A stretch of DNA of 64,000 bases from NCBI GenBank assembly GCA_965207735.1, contig OZ242296.1:2912001-2976000 (forward strand). Direction: 5' to 3'. This document shows, piece by piece, positions 8,831 through 18,216 of this stretch; position 1 is the first letter of the stretch; every line of letters starts with the position of its first letter. The DNA comes from Candidatus Versatilivorator sp. GTDB taxonomy: Bacteria > Acidobacteriota > Terriglobia > Versatilivoradales > Versatilivoraceae. The position numbers and the translations under genes were made by a program. Under the pieces are notes generated by a model, which was given only the letters and a program-made list of their open reading frames with translations, was not told where the DNA came from and searched no databases.

Positions 8831-9946
8831 TCAAGTGTCGTAAATGAGCATCTTGTCCGTCAAATCCGACGCAACCTCATGTCTTTGCACACAGTGGACA
8901 ATCTCTTGGGAACGACTCAGACGTCGCTCCACTATGTCCCCACACTCTTTACACATAACGCGAAACTTGTCGGCTTCCTCGCTGTCATAAGGCATGTAGC
9001 GTCTCATCACCTCGATTAGATTGTTCTCGTCAACAAGTGTGATCTTTTTGCCCTGGACAAACTCTTTAGCGGTTTTGCCGAACTTAGCAGTGGTGACGAA
9101 AAAGCCCCTTGTAGCCGCTGCTTCTGTCACCGCCGAGTGGAAAACTTGAAGGTCTCGCCTGCCGATGCTTCTATCTCTGGCATACCTTTTGCACTCAATC
9201 AAATAGGTTTTTCCATCCTTTAGCGCAATAGCGTCTCTTCCACGGTCGTTCGAGTAGGGGGTTTGCTCAACAGCATAACCCCTCTTTCTGAATAGCTCGC
9301 TCACGAGATCTTCAAAGGCCCGTGGTGAAAGCTCTAGTAGTTTTCTGTAGTCACGACGTATCTGGTCTGCTAACCGATGAAATTCTTTTTCGCGAAGGTC
9401 ACGCGCCTGCTCTCGAATCCTTTCGTGCTCTTTAGCCCGAGCTTGGTCGGCGCGACGTTTGTACTCCAGTTGTCGCTGCTTCTCTCCGCACAGCGAGCAC
9501 TGACCAGCCGTAAGTCCGCCTGGGACTCCGTGTGGGCAAAGGATCCGCTCAAATTCCCGAATTCGATGACCTTTAACAAATGGGTGAATCAAGAATTCCA
9601 CAGCAGCCCATCCGGCACTGAGAGCCATGACGACGGCAGGCAACAGTACTACGTCGGAAATCTCTAAGCCAGCCCACATCAAGACAAACAGGACTCCGCT
9701 TATTGTCCAAAAGACACGCACCTCTGCACGAGACCATTCATCACTTGGCGTCTCTGGCTGGCTAAACTGTTCAAGTTCTTGGTAAGTATCAGAGGAGTGT
9801 GACGGGTCCTGGAGGGTCGGTTTGTTTGGAGGGGGCCAGTCGAAGAGTTTCTTACACCTCGGACAGGTCACTTTCAGGTTCCCCCGGTGCCGAGGCAACC
9901 GTAGTTGTTGCCGACAATTAGGACAGGCTATGATGGTTTCTGACAT
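8831..9946 (-). CDS. Mrr-like restriction endonuclease with N-terminal Zn ribbon and two TM helices
   Basis: 'LSPRAFEDLVSELF...GY.VEQTPYSNDRGRD...LIECKRY...GFFVTT' Mrr catalytic motifs; CxxC..CxxC N-terminus; hydrophobic hairpin. Confidence 0.85.
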   Translation of the reverse strand: MSETIIACPNCRQQLRLPRHRGNLKVTCPRCKKLFDWPPPNKPTLQDPSHSSDTYQELEQFSQPETPSDEWSRAEVRVFWTISGVLFVLMWAGLEISDVVLLPAVVMALSAGWAAVEFLIHPFVKGHRIREFERILCPHGVPGGLTAGQCSLCGEKQRQLEYKRRADQARAKEHERIREQARDLREKEFHRLADQIRRDYRKLLELSPRAFEDLVSELFRKRGYAVEQTPYSNDRGRDAIALKDGKTYLIECKRYARDRSIGRRDLQVFHSAVTEAAATRGFFVTTAKFGKTAKEFVQGKKITLVDENNLIEVMRRYMPYDSEEADKFRVMCKECGDIVERRLSRSQEIVHCVQRHEVASDLTDKMLIYDT

Positions 9947-10407
9947 CTCTGCTCTTAAGTGTGTTGAGTTTTCGGTTCCGGATCACGACCCGGTGCGGAG
10001 TTCGCTTGAGGACTACGGGGAGCGATCGCGTCCCAAGACTTGCCGCTTCTGGCCTGGATGGTGATGGTGAGGCCGGCGAGCTCCAGGGGTAGGGCAGTGG
10101 GGTTCGGCCCCGCGTAGAAGCTTCTCCAGGAGCCATCGGGGAGGCGGGCAGGCCGCGCCAGCCCTCGAGGGGCTCGAAAAGCTCAAACCTGGGCCTCGTA
10201 GCCGTTCCTGACAATCCCTTTGAGAAGGAGACGACTGCTAATGGACGTCATCAGCATAGCAAATCGACAATTACTCAACGGACTGTGGTGTTCACAAAAA
10301 GGGAGAACCTATTAGCTGGGCGTATAAAAAGGCACTTACAAACTTGCAGGAGGGCTTTTTGTGAAGTCTGGGCAGTCCATATGTAGTGGTTTTGGATCTG
10401 GTCTTTA

Positions 10408-10749
10408 GTGGGCATAGAGAACATGAATCTAAAACTTAAAGACCCTGTGTCCCCTTGCGTCTACATCTTCCTGGACGAGTCCGGGAACTTTGACTTCCGC
10501 AGGAGCGGAACCCGCCATCTTGTGATGACCTGCGTTAGTATGTGCCGCCCGTTTTCGGCTTGGGAGCATCTTGATGACTATAAGCAAGAATTAGCCGCGC
10601 AATGCGAACAGTTGGAGAAACAATTCGCCAAGTGGGCGAACCTGACGAAACTACTCACCGAGGACCATCAAGAGATGGGCGCCCACGTTACAAAATTAAC
10701 CAACGTCTACCACACGCTCACGGCGGATTTGAGGGAACTTTTGCGTTGA
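10408..10749 (+). pseudogene. DUF3800-like N-terminal fragment fused to a coiled-coil (mob-region-like) tail
   Basis: 'YIFLDESGNFDF...GTRHLVMT' is a DUF3800-type start, but the ORF is only 113 aa and switches to a heptad tail. Confidence 0.55.
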
Positions 10750-11818
10750 TCCATGCCGAGGCCGAGCAGAAGCGGAATGCAGGGGACCAGCCGGACCGCG
10801 TTGCGGGGCTAATTGAGAGCCGGATTCAGAACCGAGTGCGTAGCCGCGGTGGACCGGGCAGGTGATCTCAGATGCTGCAGGGCTCTCTCCTGTGGGAAGG
10901 TCTTGAGCATGGAAGGACTTCGATGAAACTGCCGAGTGGGCTATGTTGGATTTGTGGCGGACTTGTCGTTATCGGACTGGCTTCGATCGTGGTGGTCTAT
11001 TGGGAGTGGTTAAGCTGCGGGGAGTCTGGATCCACGACCCTCCGTAACCTTGGCCTCATGGTTGCCGGCGTCATTGCGCTTTGGTTTGCTTACCGGCGTA
11101 GCCGCGTAGCTGATCGCCAAGCCGAAACTTCGCACCGTGGTCTTCTGAACGAGCGCTATCAGAAGGGCGCAGAGATGCTCGGCAGCAAGGTGCTATCTGT
11201 CCGCTTGGGAGGTATCTACGCGCTGCAACGTCTGTCCGAGGACGAGCCGGAGCAGTACCACCTCCAAATCACGCATCTGTTCTGCGCCTTTGCGAGCCAT
11301 CCAACCGAGGACAGAGACTACATGGCTGCGTTGAGGGTCACCGAACAGAAACCACACCGACTCCGCGAGGATGTTCAGGTCGCTGTGACGGCGATCGGAA
11401 CCCGTAGCGAACAAGACATTGAACTTGAGAAGAAAGGGAACTTCTCCCTAATCTTGGACTGTGCGTACTTGGTCGGTGCGTATCTGAGCGGCGCAGACCT
11501 AACTGGCGTGAGTCTGAGCAAGGCAAACTTGGCCGACGCGTACCTGGTCAAAGTAAACCTAACTGATTCGCACCTGAACAGCACAGACCTGACCGGGGCG
11601 TACTTGAGCGGCGCAGAGCTAAACGGGGCATACCTGCTTAAAGCAAACCTGACAAAAGCAGAGCTGACCGACGCAACCCTGACCAGCGTAAAACTAAGCG
11701 ACGCAGACCTGACTGGGGCAGACCTGACGGGCTCAGATCTGACTGGAGCAGTCCTAACCAATGCAATCTTGACGAACGCCACCCTGAGGAATACAACGCT
11801 GACGAACGCAATGCTTAG

Positions 11819-13516
11819 CCCGCATTTCTCACCAGAGGTAGGAAGCATCGGTTCTCGGAATCTGGTAAAATACTCTTGTCTAAGGAGTTAACCAGATTCT
11901 TAAAGGAGAACCGATGCCGACACAGTGTAACACCAAACCCCTGGAGTTTGAACCCCACGGCCGCCGCCGCGTGGTGGCTGATTTCGACGGCGGTCCCATC
12001 ACTTCCGATGCCGGCTCCCTGCTGTTGCGCCGGGTGGATCGGGGCTTATCTCTCTCCGACCAGGTGGCCGACTGTTTCACCGATCACCGCGACCCCAAGC
12101 GGACCCAATACAGCCTGCGCACCCTCATCGCTCAGCGCATCCGTGGCATCGCCCTCGGCTACGAGGATCTCATCGACCACGACCAACTCCGTCACGATCC
12201 CCTCATGGCCTTGTTTTCAGAGAAAGGCCGTCGTGGCGACTCGCCTCCCCTGGCAGGCAAGAGCACCCTCAACCGACTCGAACACGCCCCCACCCAAGGC
12301 CCCACCCGCTACCACAAGATTGACCACGACCCCGAGGCCTTGCAAGCCCTCCTGGTGAAACTGTTTCTGCAAGCCCATCCCCAACCCCCCGATGAGATCA
12401 TCCTCGACCTCGACGCCACTGACGATCCCCTCCACGGGGAACAAGAGGACCGCTTCTTCCACGGCTACTACCGAGGCTACTGCTACCTGCCCCTCTACAT
12501 CTTCTCGGGCCGCCATCTGCTCTCGGCCCTGCTCAGACCCGCCAACATCGATGCCTCCGCCGGCGCTCTGGAGCAGGTCCAGCGCATCGTCTCCCGCCTA
12601 CGGCGTGTCTGGCCTCAGGTCAAGATCCTGCTGCGGGCCGACTCCGGCTTTGCCCGTGAGGAGCTGATGGGGTGGTGTGAGCAGCATCAGGTCGACTATC
12701 TCTTCGGCCTGGCCCGCAACTCCCGCCTCCAAGACGCCATCGCCCCCGAGTTGGCTCAGGCCCAGGCCCTCTCAGACCAGCAACAGCAGCCCGCCCGGAT
12801 CTTCACCGACCTCTCCTACCGCACTCACAAGAGCTGGTCCCACGAGCGCCGCCTGGTCGCCAAAGCCGAGGTCCTGCCCCGCGGCCCCAACCCCCGCTTC
12901 GTCGTCACCTCTCTGTCGGTCCAGGACTACCCCGCCCAGTTCCTCTATGAGAAAATCTACTGTGCCCGCGGTGAGATGGAAAACCGCATCAAGGAGCAGC
13001 AACTCGACCTGTTTGCCGATCGCACCTCCACCCACTCCTTCCGGGCGAATCAGCTCCGGCTCCTGATGACCTCTTTCGCCTATGTGCTGGTGGAGGGCTT
13101 GCGCCGGCGGGCGCTGCAATCCACCTGCCTGGCCCGGGCCACCGTCGGTTCCATCAGACTCAAACTGCTCAAGATCGGCGCTCAGGTCACCATCTCGGTC
13201 CGTCGCATCAAGGTCGCCATGGCTTCCGGATGTCCTTACCAGAGGGAGTTCCGCATCGCTTGGGCTCACCTGCCGCCCTGAGGTGCCCTGACCCGACCGT
13301 CACTCCTGGCCCTTGAAGACGCGGCCACCAGGCCCGATGGCAGAGGTGTCGCTGTTTTCGAGGGAAAATGCCGCCTGAGGTTCCTCGGAGAGCCTCAGAA
13401 GCCTCCGCTGTTGGCCTTTGCCTACCGATCCAGCCACCAACGTTGTTAAACTCGGCCTCAAATGCCTCCATGGCCCCTTTTACCGCTCCTGTGCGAACTC
13501 TGGTGAGAAATGCGGG
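11819..13516 (+). mobile_element. IS1380 family insertion sequence, copy 1 (1698 bp)
   Basis: 19-bp perfect TIR CCCGCATTTCTCACCAGAG; TTAG duplication at 11815-11818 and 13517-13520. Confidence 0.95.
11914..13281 (+). CDS. IS1380 family DDE transposase
   Basis: 'FDGGPITSDAG', 'LDLDATDDPLHGEQE', 'RADSGF', 'YCARGEMENRIKE'. Confidence 0.95.
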   Translation: MPTQCNTKPLEFEPHGRRRVVADFDGGPITSDAGSLLLRRVDRGLSLSDQVADCFTDHRDPKRTQYSLRTLIAQRIRGIALGYEDLIDHDQLRHDPLMALFSEKGRRGDSPPLAGKSTLNRLEHAPTQGPTRYHKIDHDPEALQALLVKLFLQAHPQPPDEIILDLDATDDPLHGEQEDRFFHGYYRGYCYLPLYIFSGRHLLSALLRPANIDASAGALEQVQRIVSRLRRVWPQVKILLRADSGFAREELMGWCEQHQVDYLFGLARNSRLQDAIAPELAQAQALSDQQQQPARIFTDLSYRTHKSWSHERRLVAKAEVLPRGPNPRFVVTSLSVQDYPAQFLYEKIYCARGEMENRIKEQQLDLFADRTSTHSFRANQLRLLMTSFAYVLVEGLRRRALQSTCLARATVGSIRLKLLKIGAQVTISVRRIKVAMASGCPYQREFRIAWAHLPP

Positions 13517-14124
13517 TTAGGAAAGCAAACCTGACGAACACAATCCTGAAGAATGCAAAATTGGATAGCGCAGATCTAACCAACACCAAGCTGGGCGACG
13601 CAGACCTGGGCGGCGCAGACCTGGCTGGGGCGTACCTTACCGACTCAGACCTGTCCGGCGCGTACCTGACGGGAGCGGTCCTGACCGGAGCGGTCCTCTT
13701 TCAGGTGAAAGGCCTCACCCAGGGCCAACTCAACCTAGCGTGCGCCAATCCCGATAACCCTCCCAATTTAGGTCAACTCCGTGATGCTGAAACTGGTGCC
13801 CCTCTGGAATGGCGCGGCAAACCTTGCAGAGAGTAAGCTCCCGATAAAGTATCTTGTCGGCCCCTATTTCAGCGACCTCGAGGACCAGCGCCAGGGCGTT
13901 CTCGAGACGCCTGGAACGCTTCCCCGGGCTGGATCCGCGTCACCAGCGCGTGATTTCCCGGGTGCTACGGGTCGCCGGCCCCCGGGAAAATCTAACAGAG
14001 GCTATCCTGCGGCCTCTGTTTTCGCGGATTGTGCCCCAGGAAGCGTTTTTGGGGTTTTAGGGTACGCTGGAGGTCGAGAAATCGCAGCCTTGCCTGCCTA
14101 GCTCAAGGATTTGTGGGGTATCTA

Positions 14125-14873
14125 GTGGTTGCCGATCCCTTTGAAAAGGGTAAACTGAGCCGCGCCCTCGATCACTTCACACGGGCCGACCAGGTCGACC
14201 AACTGATCGAGGCCCGCGAGGCCGAGCCGGACCGAGGGTTCATGGCGCCGCTGCTGACGCTGTGCAGCCTGCCGCACACCGACCCGGGCAACCGGCTCCA
14301 GTATGTTCGCCGGAACGGTCCTTACAGACTTACCATGCCCGCTACGGGTGAGTACAAACTCCCCTATGGCAGCCTTCCCCGCTTGATGCTCGCCTGGATG
14401 TGTACCGAAGCAGTCCGGACTCAGAGCCGCGACCTGGTGCTAGGACGCTCACTTTCCAAGTTTATGGAGAAGCTCGGTATGGCTCCGGTCGGTTCCGGTC
14501 GGACCCGACTCCGTAACCAGATGCACAGGTTCTTCAATGCCGGTGTCCGACTGGCGTACAGCGACGCTGAGGGCGAAGCCAGTATGGGCGTTGTGTGGTT
14601 GCCTCTCGGATCGAGTTATGGTGGAACCCCAAGCGGCCCGACCAACCGACTCTTTGGGAAAGCAGGATTCGGTTGGGCGAGGAGTTGTTCGAGGAAATCC
14701 TTCGCCATCCCATCCCCATCGAGATGCACACGCTCAAAGCCCTCAAGCGGTCTCCCCTGGGTCTCGATCTCTACCTGTGGCTCACCTACCGCGTGTTCTC
14801 TCTTGAGAAGCCAGTCGCCTTGCCATGGAAGCGACTCTACCGCCAGTTTGGAGCGGACCCGGAGTTACAGTGA
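14125..14873 (+). pseudogene. repA: plasmid replication initiator (RepA_C-like), frameshifted and 3' truncated
   Basis: 'LCSLPHTDPG..YVRRNG...LPYGSLPRLMLAWMCTEAVRTQSR.LVLGRSLS' continues in another frame after ~14590 as 'LWWNPKRPDQ.TLWESRIRLGEELF...LKRSPLGLDLYLWLTYR'. Confidence 0.8.
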
Positions 14874-14874
14874 G

Positions 14875-15945
14875 CTACTCTTTCCGGGGGAAGTAGAGTC
14901 GTAGCTGTAGAGGCTCTTTCCCGTACATCGCATTCACCTTGTCTCTCAGTTCTCGCATTGATTCGCACGTGCGGGCCACGCCGACGATCATCCAGATATG
15001 CTCGACAAGTTTCTTTAAGCCGTACTGGCCGCTTAACCACTGGTGATAATTTTGGCCGTATCGGGGCTCGGGTGCGTTTTTTCTAAGCCAATTGGCAACA
15101 TCTGGGTCTAGCTTTTCATAGATCAATTCCATAACCAGTTTGCCCCAATACTTTGGCCGCCTCGAGAGTTGCCCCTTCCATCGGGTCAAGCGGCCGAACT
15201 CCTGCCAGATTTCATCAGGAAAGGTCTTTTCCCATTTCCTCATTTCTCCTTCTAAGAAGGCAGCAAGCTTGACCTGGAGAGCATCGGCCTCTCGCTCATA
15301 CTGATACCCTGTTGCTTCGTCGATAAGTGCTTCGAGACCAAGTTTTGCGCATGCTGACAAGAACATGCTTGCCTGCATTGCCATTTCCTGCTGTCTCGTA
15401 GTTAAGCGTGGATGCACAGAATCTCGGCGGAGGCTATGCTCCAAGGCATTCACGAAGCCTTGGCATATTTCGATAAAGATATCAGCCGGCAGGCCCTTAA
15501 CGGCCTTTTCTAGGCCCTCCACCTCGGGAAGTCTAAATGGCACCATTCTCTCTAGCACTGAGTCCTTGGCAATAAAGGGTTCCAGTGCTCTAACGGCGAT
15601 ATACTTCTCGAGTGCTCCTCCGCCCTTAATACCAGTCAAGACCTCAGTTGCCGAGGTTCGACCAATCACTCTTACCCCATTGTCTAGCACGTAGCAGGGA
15701 ACGGACATCCCGATGATATCCAACTCGCCGCGATGGACGGCGGTCGGCATTTCGTTGGACGGTTCTATTTCCTCAACCCTTTGTATTTCTGCTTCCGTCA
15801 GGGTGGACTCCTCTGGTTTCTCGGCGGCCCGTCTGTCCCACCTCGCTCGCGCTGCTCGCCGAGCCCTGTCTGAGCGCTCTTGGTCGGTCATGGATGTTTT
15901 CTCACCATGTAGACGCGCTGGAAAATCTTTCGTATCTCTGTTCAT
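14875..15945 (-). CDS. P63C domain-containing protein
   Basis: 'PCYVLDNGVRVI', 'ALIDEATGYQYER', 'WEKTFPD', 'YHQWLS'; GGAGGT RBS. Confidence 0.85.
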   Translation of the reverse strand: MNRDTKDFPARLHGEKTSMTDQERSDRARRAARARWDRRAAEKPEESTLTEAEIQRVEEIEPSNEMPTAVHRGELDIIGMSVPCYVLDNGVRVIGRTSATEVLTGIKGGGALEKYIAVRALEPFIAKDSVLERMVPFRLPEVEGLEKAVKGLPADIFIEICQGFVNALEHSLRRDSVHPRLTTRQQEMAMQASMFLSACAKLGLEALIDEATGYQYEREADALQVKLAAFLEGEMRKWEKTFPDEIWQEFGRLTRWKGQLSRRPKYWGKLVMELIYEKLDPDVANWLRKNAPEPRYGQNYHQWLSGQYGLKKLVEHIWMIVGVARTCESMRELRDKVNAMYGKEPLQLRLYFPRKE

Positions 15946-15961
15946 GTTATACCTCCAATAT

Positions 15962-15992
15962 GCATATGCTAGATTTATAAATTAGCATATGC
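15962..15992. promoter_or_regulatory. palindromic operator-like site upstream of P63C gene
   Basis: GCATATGCTA-N11-TAGCATATGC perfect inverted repeat in an AT-rich region. Confidence 0.5.
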
Positions 15993-16260
15993 GAATTGGA
16001 TTTTCAACATAATGCTAAAATTGCCGCGGTTAAGGAGAGGATATTCGAGATTGTGGTAGGGAGGCTACGAAGTGGGAGTCTCCGACTCCCTACACCTTGA
16101 CAGCTGACGCTTCACCGTAGAAGCGAGTATGTCAATCAGGCAAAATGCCGGGGTACCGGGGTATGCGACGAGTTGAGAAAGTGCAGCCTGCCGGGCAAAG
16201 CTCAAGGATTTATGGGGTGTCTGATGAGAATCATGGGCCGGGAGGTAGTTCACCAGAGTC

Positions 16261-16482
16261 TTGAGCCTATGGATTTCCCTTTTCATGAGCGACGGGGAGA
16301 TCACCTCATTCTTCCTAAAGACTTCCGATGAGGAATTGCTTGCTCAGGCCTGGGACCGGATGCGGAGCGATACTTTCGTTGAATTTCCGGAACAAGGGTG
16401 GGACCAGGTGATACCCCGCGACAACCCCTACACTTTCCTCCAAGTTGAAGATTTCAACTGGTGGCCGTTGCCGCGGGCATAG
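16261..16482 (+). CDS. small hypothetical protein (start uncertain)
   Basis: Short ORF, globular-looking composition, no motif recognised. Confidence 0.3.
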   Translation: MSLWISLFMSDGEITSFFLKTSDEELLAQAWDRMRSDTFVEFPEQGWDQVIPRDNPYTFLQVEDFNWWPLPRA

Positions 16483-16606
16483 AAGCGGCCGTAGCGTTCC
16501 CGGGACACACGCTCGCGACTACGGCCCCTCTCGTTAGTTTCTCTCAGAGGGTGGCGCCCTCGAAGTCGCAGCCTACCCGGCAAGGCTCACGATAGGAGGT
16601 GTAACG

Positions 16607-16894
16607 ATGAATCAACGCACAGTAGTGATTGCCCTGGCGCTCATCTGCCTGATGACCGTGGTTGGATTGGTTGGGCTTCGGGGTTGGGCAGGACCGGAGA
16701 AGACATCCAATCCTCCTGGGTGTTTCGACATTGAGGTACACCCAGTAGCTGCACGCCTTACGTTTGTTGTGAACAGGTGCACTGGGGAAACCTGGCAATT
16801 ACAGGAAGGAAGTGAGGGGGCTCTCTCCTGGATGCCACTCAGAAGACACCCCACCGAACTGCTTGATTTATTCGAAGGCTTGGGGGGTGAATGA
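16607..16894 (+). CDS. small exported/membrane hypothetical protein
   Basis: AGGAGG RBS; N-terminal hydrophobic helix; 'NRCTGETW'. Confidence 0.6.
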   Translation: MNQRTVVIALALICLMTVVGLVGLRGWAGPEKTSNPPGCFDIEVHPVAARLTFVVNRCTGETWQLQEGSEGALSWMPLRRHPTELLDLFEGLGGE

Positions 16895-17092
16895 CTGAGG
16901 CTTTTCCTTTCAGAGCGCGCAGGCCTTCTCTCCTGTGGGAGGGGTCGAAGCATCCAAACAAGGACGAGTTGGGGTGTGGTCTGCGGCGCTGGGTGAAATC
17001 GCGGTCAATGCGACAGGTTTCTAGCATGGAAGGTTTGCCCTGTCCGAAAAGTTAATTGAGTGTCTCAAACAGCAGGGGGATGGGGCTGACAG

Positions 17093-17836
17093 GTGAGTTT
17101 CACCAAGCCACATGTAGGACTCAGGCAAGCGTCAAAGCTATGTCGGATGCCTCACGAAGAACGATTGGCCTTCCTCTCCGAAGGATTGCCGATTATCCTC
17201 GGCAGGTCCCGGTCCTTCTGGCAGGCATCGTGCCAACTGAAGAACAGGCCGCGTGAAGCAGAAGTGCTGAAAGGTTTTACAGAGGAGGAAGCTGCCAAGA
17301 TTCTCATCCTCATGGATGCAGTAAGGTGCCCCAAAGCGCTCATCGACTCCAAGATAAGGTGTGTTGTACGTTGGTTCTACAGCCACCTGGCACGACTGAT
17401 TTACGTCGAAGCGATAGGCTGGAGGCCTATACACATTGCGCAATTGCGTGATTACGTTTATCAACACCGAAAGTCGCACTACATCGAAGCAGATTACAGC
17501 GTCATGCCGAACTGGGCCAAATACGAACGCGAAAGCAGGCTCTATGCAGACATCCAGTCTGGTGAGGCAGGTGGACCCAGTTGGAACGACCCCAATCTAA
17601 TTTTTCAGGGTTCAGATCCAGTTACATTCGCATCGGATGTTCCGTTGGTTCTCGAGCTGGTTGAGGCTATGGCCGCTCTTGGCATGTTTACGTCTCAAGG
17701 ATTAAAAGCCACGTCGGATATCTGGGACCAGGTGACATTCACGGCCACCGAAAACGAAGAGAATGCCCGAAAGCTCACGAGTCAGATGATTGAAAGGCGG
17801 TGCAAGGAGAATCTCCCTGACCTCCCCCCAATTTAG
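17093..17836 (+). CDS. AbiV-like (HEPN-type) abortive infection protein, possibly 3' truncated
   Basis: 'EEEAAKILIL', 'WFYSHLAR', 'RESRLYADI' follow the AbiV-type EE..K / H / R...LY.D pattern. Confidence 0.55.
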   Translation: MSFTKPHVGLRQASKLCRMPHEERLAFLSEGLPIILGRSRSFWQASCQLKNRPREAEVLKGFTEEEAAKILILMDAVRCPKALIDSKIRCVVRWFYSHLARLIYVEAIGWRPIHIAQLRDYVYQHRKSHYIEADYSVMPNWAKYERESRLYADIQSGEAGGPSWNDPNLIFQGSDPVTFASDVPLVLELVEAMAALGMFTSQGLKATSDIWDQVTFTATENEENARKLTSQMIERRCKENLPDLPPI

Positions 17837-18216
17837 GTCCACCTCAAAAGTGAGGAACTGAACTACGGTTCTTGGGGCAAGTATTGGGGCAACTAGGTTC
17901 GCTGTATTGGCCACCATTTATTGTGTTTCAATAACCTATGAGGAATATTCGGTTGTCGCCCCCACTACCGTTTTCATGGAAAGGAATTTCCGCGACCGGA
18001 CGGCCGCGGCCCCATTGAAGCAATGATGGGGGGCATCTTTGGGGGCAACATGACATATTCAAGGAAGCTAATGCGTTTAAAATCATTCCTTTATGGCTAT
18101 AATATGGTAGTCATCACTCACCCCCCTTTGTCTGAAACACCCCTGTTCCGCCCCTCATGAACCACCCCGTCGTATGGGGCGGTGGCGCGGCTAGGTGAAA
18201 AGTGAAGAGTGGTTAG

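Larger units (their letters stand above)
10923..13836 (+). pseudogene. membrane-anchored pentapeptide-repeat protein interrupted by IS1380
   Basis: TM helices, 'ERYQKGAEMLGS...VRLGGIYALQRL', A(D/N)Lxx repeats; removing IS plus one TTAG restores frame ...NAMLRKANLTN... Confidence 0.9.
7940..18124. mobile_element. degenerate genomic island (integrated plasmid-like) at tRNA-His
   Basis: 13-bp direct repeat of tRNA 3' end CATCACTCACCCC at 7940-7952 and 18112-18124; lower GC; rep, recombinase and defence-type genes. Confidence 0.75.

Noticed and set aside
11440-13700. 15-bp periodic DNA repeats as a possible array
   Set aside because: Explained by pentapeptide-repeat coding on both sides of the IS
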